Program-made: the position numbers and the translations under genes
In this document: piece by piece, positions 58,553 to 64,000 of the stretch
Layout of the letters: each line of letters opens with the position of its first letter
How positions within the stretch are numbered: position 1 is the first letter of the stretch
Notes under the pieces: model-generated
The model's database searches: none
What the model saw: the letters and a program-made list of their open reading frames with translations, nothing else
What the model was told of the DNA's origin: nothing
Assembly: GCA_964416595.1 (NCBI GenBank)
Contig: CAYQES010000003.1
Span: forward strand, 1,419 to 65,418
Length of the DNA stretch: 64,000 nucleotides
Source of the DNA: an uncultured Bdellovibrionales bacterium
GTDB taxonomy: Bacteria; Bdellovibrionota; UBA1018; CAIPTA01
Direction: 5' to 3'

Positions 58553-59410
58553 GAGCGAGTCCGCAAAAAGAGCGCCAAATAACAAAAACAAATACAGGAT
58601 CGAAATCCAAAAAAGTTTTTTGGAATCCTTTCGTTCTTTGGTTCTAAGAAGCTTTACAGTTTGCCACAAATAAAATGCACCCAGGCCCAAAGCCGCTCCG
58701 AGATAAATCTGGCCGCTATAGCCTAAGAAATAGGGCAAAACTGTGACTGGCACTAACACCACTGTGTAGAAAAAGATTTCGAAACGGGTGCGCCGCTCGC
58801 CGTGGGTTACGGGCAACATGGGAATACTAGCCGCTCGGTACTCATCTTGGATCGCGATCGCGAGGGCCCAAAAGTGTGGAGGGGTCCAAAGGAAGACCAC
58901 CAAAAAAAGTACCCACGCTAAAAAAGAAAGTTCGCCCGTGGCGGCGGCCCAGCCGATCAAAGGTGCCGTGGCGCCCGCGGCTCCGCCAATCACAATATTG
59001 TAAGGCGTGCGCCTTTTTAGCCAAAGAGTGTAGATGCCCACATAAAAAGCGATGGTGAAAAAACTCCAAAAGGCCGCTACCCAATTTACTGCCAAGAGAT
59101 AATAGGCCACAGCCACAGAACCGGTGACTAATCCAAAAATCGCCGCGCGCTCCGGCTCGATTCGTTGCAAAGGAATCGGGCGACGCCGCCGGGTGCGCTC
59201 CATTTGTGAATCGATATCGCGATCAAAATACATATTGAGCGCGTTGGCAGAACCCGCCGTGAGACCCATCGCCACCATCACTAAAAAAAGTTTCAAGGGA
59301 TCTTGCAGGAGAGAGCCTTCGGCCACGATGGCCGCAAAACCCGTGACCAAAAAAAGCAATACAATGGTGGGCTTCATCAAGCTAAAATAGGCAGAAATTC
59401 TTGCGGTCAT
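58541..59410 (-). CDS. ctaB: protoheme IX farnesyltransferase (heme O synthase)
   Basis: UbiA-family motifs (NMYFDRDIDSQMERTRRRP) and 9 TM segments. Confidence 0.85.
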   Translation of the reverse strand: MTARISAYFSLMKPTIVLLFLVTGFAAIVAEGSLLQDPLKLFLVMVAMGLTAGSANALNMYFDRDIDSQMERTRRRRPIPLQRIEPERAAIFGLVTGSVAVAYYLLAVNWVAAFWSFFTIAFYVGIYTLWLKRRTPYNIVIGGAAGATAPLIGWAAATGELSFLAWVLFLVVFLWTPPHFWALAIAIQDEYRAASIPMLPVTHGERRTRFEIFFYTVVLVPVTVLPYFLGYSGQIYLGAALGLGAFYLWQTVKLLRTKERKDSKKLFWISILYLFLLFGALFADSLLKA

Positions 59411-59439
59411 TTAAGCCACAAAATACAAGAAAATGGAGT

Positions 59440-60339
59440 CTATTGCCAACGGGAAGCGGCAGAAAACGATAAGCGTACCAAAAGAATCCAGAGGGTTTCC
59501 GCCCACAGAAGGTGCAAAATCTGCATCCAGATGGGAGCTAGCAATAAAACGTTCATAAAGCCCACGGCTAAATTTCCTGCTGTGAGCCATAAAAGGAAAA
59601 AAGCTGCCTTTTTTAGGTTTGGGAAACGTTCTGAGAGGTTCGTGAGCCAAACCCAGAGGTATCCCACCCAGAGCACCGCGAGAACTGGATGAAAAAGCCG
59701 GATTTGCTGCAAAAAGTGCCGTTTAGAAAATTTATCCTGCAGCTCTTGGCCTAAATCCGTAACAGGAAAAAGAGTGTCGCCGAGGGCCGTCATGGCCCCA
59801 AGCGCTCCCACCAAAGCAAAGCCCACGAGTACAAGCAACCAACGGAGCCGCTCTTTGCCGCCCTCTGGCCACCACCAGCGGGGAGTTTTTTCTTCCGCCG
59901 CCAAGGCCAATACGGTGAGTGAGCCCAACAAAAAGAGGGTATTCACCAGATGGAAAGAAATGGAAATCACCCGGTCTAAAGATTGGTCGTGCTCCACCAA
60001 ACGGAGCAACACCAACATGGCACCAATCAAGGCTTCTAAAAGCACGGCCAGTAAGGAAAGATACGCAGCTTTTCGCTGAAAGCTTTTTTTAGGGAAAAGC
60101 CGCAAGGTCCACCCAAAAAGCACGGCCACAAACACCAAACAAAAGCCCGAGCTCAAGCGGTGGGAATATTCAATCAGGGTTTTTAGTTGCTCGCTCCGGG
60201 GCACCACTTCCCCATTGCAAAGGGGCCAATGGGCGCCGCAGCCGGCGCCGGAGCCCGTGGCGCGCACAAAAGCGCCCCATAAAATCACGGCTAAGCAATA
60301 AACAAGAGTGAACCAGGCGAATTTTTTGTAAAACGCCAT
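59440..60339 (-). CDS. ctaA: heme A synthase (CtaA/COX15 family)
   Basis: CGAHWPLC Cys loop and conserved TM histidines (YSHRL, SFHLVN). Position between ctaB and the oxidase structural genes fits. Confidence 0.65.
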   Translation of the reverse strand: MAFYKKFAWFTLVYCLAVILWGAFVRATGSGAGCGAHWPLCNGEVVPRSEQLKTLIEYSHRLSSGFCLVFVAVLFGWTLRLFPKKSFQRKAAYLSLLAVLLEALIGAMLVLLRLVEHDQSLDRVISISFHLVNTLFLLGSLTVLALAAEEKTPRWWWPEGGKERLRWLLVLVGFALVGALGAMTALGDTLFPVTDLGQELQDKFSKRHFLQQIRLFHPVLAVLWVGYLWVWLTNLSERFPNLKKAAFFLLWLTAGNLAVGFMNVLLLAPIWMQILHLLWAETLWILLVRLSFSAASRWQ

Positions 60340-60351
60340 AAATATTTTTTA

Positions 60352-61149
60352 TTAATTCTGCAGCATCCGCTCGATGGCAAAATCAATGGGCAAAGCTACT
60401 TTAGCGGGGCCAGAACCTTCGCCACCCACTCCATCTTCTTTTACGGCCTGTGCAAAACGATCATCAGCCTTACTATTGGTTTGGATGTCTTTTGTAAGCG
60501 AGTGTACATAGTGGATCAAGGCAATACGATCAGAGGGGGGTAAGGCTTTATAAGAAGCCATGCCCGTGCCGGGAATTCCATAAGCCAAGGTTACGTACAT
60601 GGATTTAGTGGAAGAACCATTTTTCCAATCACTCGCGGAGCCCGAAAAATTCCGTGGTTTCGGATCGAGGGCTGCCCCCCCCACTCCATCCCCATGGCCA
60701 GCCACGCCATGGCATACGGCGCAGTTAACGTCGTAAAGAGCTTTACCTTTAGCCACGAGAGCCGTGCCGCCATTCATGAGTTTATCAAATTCTTCTTGAG
60801 ATAAAGGGCCAGTGGTAGATTTCACCACAGCAGGCTTCGGCTGCGGACGTGTCCAAAGATCGGAAGCAGAGATACCGATCAAGAGTATGAGGGCTGCAAA
60901 GGAGCTCAGGATATAGGCTCGGTTAAGGTTGGTATCGTACTTTAAACCCATGAAAAAGAGCATCACCAAGGATGCCTTGGCGGTAGCAATCCCCAGAGAA
61001 ACAAAAACGTTGGCCGTACTACCAAAATCCACGTAAGAAGCACCAACGGTTAGCACCGTAAGCACCAACAGAGCTCCTAGGGTTTTATAATAAATCCCAA
61101 AGGGAACGATGTGATGGCTATGGTTATGATTGTCGTGTTTATGTTCCAT
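60352..61149 (-). CDS. caa3-type oxidase subunit IV-like membrane domain fused to a C-terminal mono-heme cytochrome c domain
   Basis: N-terminal 2 TM segments with a COX4_pro-like pattern (HSHHIVPFGIYYKTLGALLVLTV...); C-terminal CAVCH. Start taken at MEHKH with a GAGGA RBS. Confidence 0.55.
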   Translation of the reverse strand: MEHKHDNHNHSHHIVPFGIYYKTLGALLVLTVLTVGASYVDFGSTANVFVSLGIATAKASLVMLFFMGLKYDTNLNRAYILSSFAALILLIGISASDLWTRPQPKPAVVKSTTGPLSQEEFDKLMNGGTALVAKGKALYDVNCAVCHGVAGHGDGVGGAALDPKPRNFSGSASDWKNGSSTKSMYVTLAYGIPGTGMASYKALPPSDRIALIHYVHSLTKDIQTNSKADDRFAQAVKEDGVGGEGSGPAKVALPIDFAIERMLQN

Positions 61150-61157
61150 AAAAATCC

Positions 61158-61820
61158 TCACACCACCAAATAAAGAAGAGGGAAAAGGAAAATCCAGATC
61201 AAATCCACAATGTGCCAGTAGAGTCCTACGAACTCTACGGCCGCAAATTTACGGGAATTGAAATGCCCACGACCCATACGCCAATACACCCAGGCGATGG
61301 CACCCATGCCGATCAATACGTGTATGCCGTGGAGGCCTGTCATCACGAAATAAAAGGAATAGAAGAGGGCAACGTTGGCGGATTTAAAATCCGTAGATGT
61401 AAAAAAATCTCCAGGCAAAATACCGTGGTGGATTTTTTCACTATATTCAAAGTATTTGATCACGAGGAAGATGCACGCGCAGAGGAAAGTGATGATTAGC
61501 ATCAACTTAGATTTTCCACGCTCATCCCGTTGGATATAAGCAATCGCTAGCGCCATAGTGAGGGAACTCACGAGCAGCACCACCGTGTTCACAGCGCCCA
61601 TCACTTTATTCAAGTGGTGGTGGGCTTCCCGAAACATTTCAGGATAGAGATAGTTGAATAGACCATAGCCCGCAAAGAGCACGCCGAATAACATTACCTC
61701 GGTTACGAGGAATAACCACATGCCGAGTTTGCCAGCCTCGAACTCGTGTTCGATGCTGTCAAAGTGGTGGGCATGATCCATATGTCCGTGCTCTGCGCTC
61801 ATTGGTGTTCCTTTCTCCAA
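61158..61820 (-). CDS. ctaE: cytochrome c oxidase subunit III
   Basis: HHFDSIEHEFEAGKLGMWLFLVTEVMLFG, typical COX3. Confidence 0.85.
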   Translation of the reverse strand: MEKGTPMSAEHGHMDHAHHFDSIEHEFEAGKLGMWLFLVTEVMLFGVLFAGYGLFNYLYPEMFREAHHHLNKVMGAVNTVVLLVSSLTMALAIAYIQRDERGKSKLMLIITFLCACIFLVIKYFEYSEKIHHGILPGDFFTSTDFKSANVALFYSFYFVMTGLHGIHVLIGMGAIAWVYWRMGRGHFNSRKFAAVEFVGLYWHIVDLIWIFLFPLLYLVV

Positions 61821-61822
61821 TC

Positions 61823-63421
61823 TTAGGTGGGCTTCACGCCGTATTCATAAGGACCAGTTGTCACCGTAGGAGTTTTTGCAAAATTTTCTAATACAGGAGG
61901 TGATTCCGCAAACCACTCTAGAGTGCGCCCACCCCAAGGATTAGCAGGCGCTTTTGCGCCACGGAAGCAGGAGATCACACAATTCACAAGAATGAAGAAA
62001 ATCCCCAGAGCAATACCCCAGGAGCCTACAGTGGAAATCAAATTCCAGCTCGCATACATAGGTTCATAATCATGGTAGCGGCGGGGCATGCCGTTATATC
62101 CGGCCACAAATTGCGCCAGGAAGGTAACGTTAAAGCCGATGATAAAGCACCAGAACGAAACCTTGCCCCAGAACTCGTTGTACATTTTTCCCGTAATTTT
62201 AGGGAACCAATAAAAGATCCCAGCAAAGAGGGAAATGGCGGCGCCGCCCATCATCACGTAATGGAAGTGAGCTACCACAAAGTACGTATCATGAAAGTGA
62301 ATGTCTGCGGACAAAGTGCCAAGCATAATGCCCGTGATCCCGCCGATACCGAAAGTGAAAAGGAACCCTAAAGCATACAACATGGGCGTAGCTAAGCTCA
62401 CGGAACCCCGGTACATGGTGGCCACCCAGTTAAACATTTTCACGGCCGAAGGCACTGCTGTAGCCATGGTAAGCAATGAAAAGATAAAGTTCGTGAGCGG
62501 GCTTTGGCCACTAGTGAACATATGGTGCCCCCACACAAGAAAGCTCACCAAAGCTAAACCAAGGGAAGAGAATGCAATCGCCCTATAACCAAAAATTGTT
62601 TTCTGCGACATCGTGGGAATCACTTCAGAAATGATGCCCATAGCCGGCAAGATCATAATGTACACGGCTGGGTGAGAGTAGAACCAGAAAAAGTGCTGAA
62701 AAAGCACGGGATCGCCGCCAAGTTTTGGATCAAAAAAACCAATGCCCACGGTGCGCTCGATCACGAGCAACAATAACGTGATACCGATAACGGGCGTGGC
62801 CAATACCTGCAAGATACTAGTGCTATAGATGGCCCACACAAAAAGTGGCATGCGGAAAAAACTCATGCCCGGGCAACGTAAAGTATGCACCGTAACGATA
62901 AAGTTTAGGCCCGTAAGGATCGAAGCAAAACCCATGAAGAACACGCCCACTACCATGCTCACCACGGCGGCCCCCGTGCGAATGGAATAAGGAGTGTAGA
63001 ATGTCCAACCCGTATCAGCGCCAGGGCCATGGAGAATGCCATACAAGTTAATTGCCATGCCCAATAGCAGCAGATAGTAACTTAATAAGTTAAGACGAGG
63101 AAACGCCACATCCTTGGCGCCAATCATGATCGGCAAAAGAAAGTTTCCAAGAGCGCCGGGGATTGCAGGAATGATGAACCAGAACACCATCACCGCGCCA
63201 TGCAAGGTGAAGAGGCGGTTGTAGGTGTTGGGATCAAAAAATTGTTGGCCAGGGAACATAAGTTCCAAACGAACTAGCAGCGCAAAAATTCCGCCCACGC
63301 AAAGAGAGAGCAAGGTGGTTACGAAATACAAAATTCCGATCCGCTTGTGATCCAGAGTGATCAGCCAGTTTTTTATTCCATGGCTAGCTTCATAAAAATT
63401 CACATTTGCAGCATGACCCAT
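61823..63421 (-). CDS. ctaD: cytochrome c oxidase subunit I
   Basis: Canonical COX1 (12 TM segments; GHPEVY-like, heme and CuB His ligands). Confidence 0.95.
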   Translation of the reverse strand: MGHAANVNFYEASHGIKNWLITLDHKRIGILYFVTTLLSLCVGGIFALLVRLELMFPGQQFFDPNTYNRLFTLHGAVMVFWFIIPAIPGALGNFLLPIMIGAKDVAFPRLNLLSYYLLLLGMAINLYGILHGPGADTGWTFYTPYSIRTGAAVVSMVVGVFFMGFASILTGLNFIVTVHTLRCPGMSFFRMPLFVWAIYSTSILQVLATPVIGITLLLLVIERTVGIGFFDPKLGGDPVLFQHFFWFYSHPAVYIMILPAMGIISEVIPTMSQKTIFGYRAIAFSSLGLALVSFLVWGHHMFTSGQSPLTNFIFSLLTMATAVPSAVKMFNWVATMYRGSVSLATPMLYALGFLFTFGIGGITGIMLGTLSADIHFHDTYFVVAHFHYVMMGGAAISLFAGIFYWFPKITGKMYNEFWGKVSFWCFIIGFNVTFLAQFVAGYNGMPRRYHDYEPMYASWNLISTVGSWGIALGIFFILVNCVISCFRGAKAPANPWGGRTLEWFAESPPVLENFAKTPTVTTGPYEYGVKPT

Positions 63422-63431
63422 ACGACATTCC

Positions 63432-64000
63432 TCACTTCAAGGTCTTGATATACTCAATCAACTGATTCACTTCTTCATCGGACAAAAGCCCACGGTAAGT
63501 AGGCATGGAAGGACTAAATCCCCGCACGATTTTTTTCATGGGATCCATCACGGATTCTCTGATGTAATTTTCGTCCGCCTTTACTTTAGTGCCAGCCACC
63601 AATTCTTGTTCAGAGCCAAAGAGCCCTTTAAATGTGGGACCCACGGCTGGCTCCCCATTCACGCTATGGCAAGCGTTGCAAGAACGGCTTTTATATACTT
63701 GGTACCCTAGCTGGGCCATGGTTTGGGTGGGAGGCGGAGGAACAGTTCCCCCGTGTTCACTGGCAGCCACCACAGGTACTTTGTACATACCCTCTTGCCA
63801 CTTTTGGTAATCTTCGGGCTCAAGCACATGCACCTTGCCAATCATTTTGGAGTGGGAAGTGCCGCAATACTCAGCGCAGAAAATGTGGAAAATGCCCGTT
63901 TTTGTGGCCGTGAAATGAAGGGCCGTGAATTGGCCGGGAACGGTATCCAGCTTCACGCGAAACTCTGGAATGAAAAAACTGTGGAGAACGTCTTTCGACG
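63432..64000 (-). CDS. ctaC: cytochrome c oxidase subunit II with a fused C-terminal cytochrome c domain (caa3-type); 5-prime end lies beyond the window
   Basis: CuA site [15 protein letters not shown] and C-terminal CNACH. No start codon within the window. Confidence 0.9.
   Translation of the reverse strand, partial: SKDVLHSFFIPEFRVKLDTVPGQFTALHFTATKTGIFHIFCAEYCGTSHSKMIGKVHVLEPEDYQKWQEGMYKVPVVAASEHGGTVPPPPTQTMAQLGYQVYKSRSCNACHSVNGEPAVGPTFKGLFGSEQELVAGTKVKADENYIRESVMDPMKKIVRGFSPSMPTYRGLLSDEEVNQLIEYIKTLK

Noticed and set aside
59124-59692. ORFs antisense to ctaB and ctaA (59124..59390+, 59303..59692+)
   Set aside because: They lie inside conserved heme O/A synthase genes and their Arg/Lys-rich translations are typical of antisense GC-rich frames.

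Overview
This 64-kb window is about 50% GC and looks like chromosome from a Bdellovibrio-like predatory bacterium (Bdellovibrionota). Three things point there: many signal-peptide and lipoprotein ORFs, two TIGR02147-like paralogs, and REP-like palindromes. Coding density is high on both strands, and no rRNA, tRNA or CRISPR was seen.

Housekeeping content:
- a propionyl-CoA carboxylase / methylmalonyl-CoA mutase operon (8.2-13.4 kb)
- nagZ, rluD, pgeF, tatD, a VKOR-DsbA fusion and a ParA/MinD-like ATPase
- a caa3-type cytochrome c oxidase operon with heme O/A synthases (58.5-64 kb, ctaC truncated by the window end)

Regulatory content:
- a translationally coupled PAS-HK / REC / REC-HK phosphorelay divergent from a sigma-54 activator (28.4-32.8 kb)
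- a second sigma-54 two-component pair upstream of nagZ (38-41.5 kb)

Accessory or unusual content:
- a LigB-type extradiol dioxygenase alpha/beta pair with a RidA fusion and a cyclase-family hydrolase (1.7-4.6 kb)
- two copies of a 'TIGR02147-like protein + secreted GNGG...HExLW protein' module
- a secreted-hydrolase island including an M4 metalloprotease (19.9-25.6 kb)
- an IS30-family insertion sequence with terminal inverted repeats
- a REP-like palindromic element present in at least 7 intergenic copies
- a GNAT gene remnant beside one REP copy

No classical defence system (CRISPR, restriction-modification, toxin-antitoxin, retron) was recognised. ORF boundaries follow the supplied ORF track. 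Non-ORF features were placed by reading the sequence and may be off by 1-2 nt.
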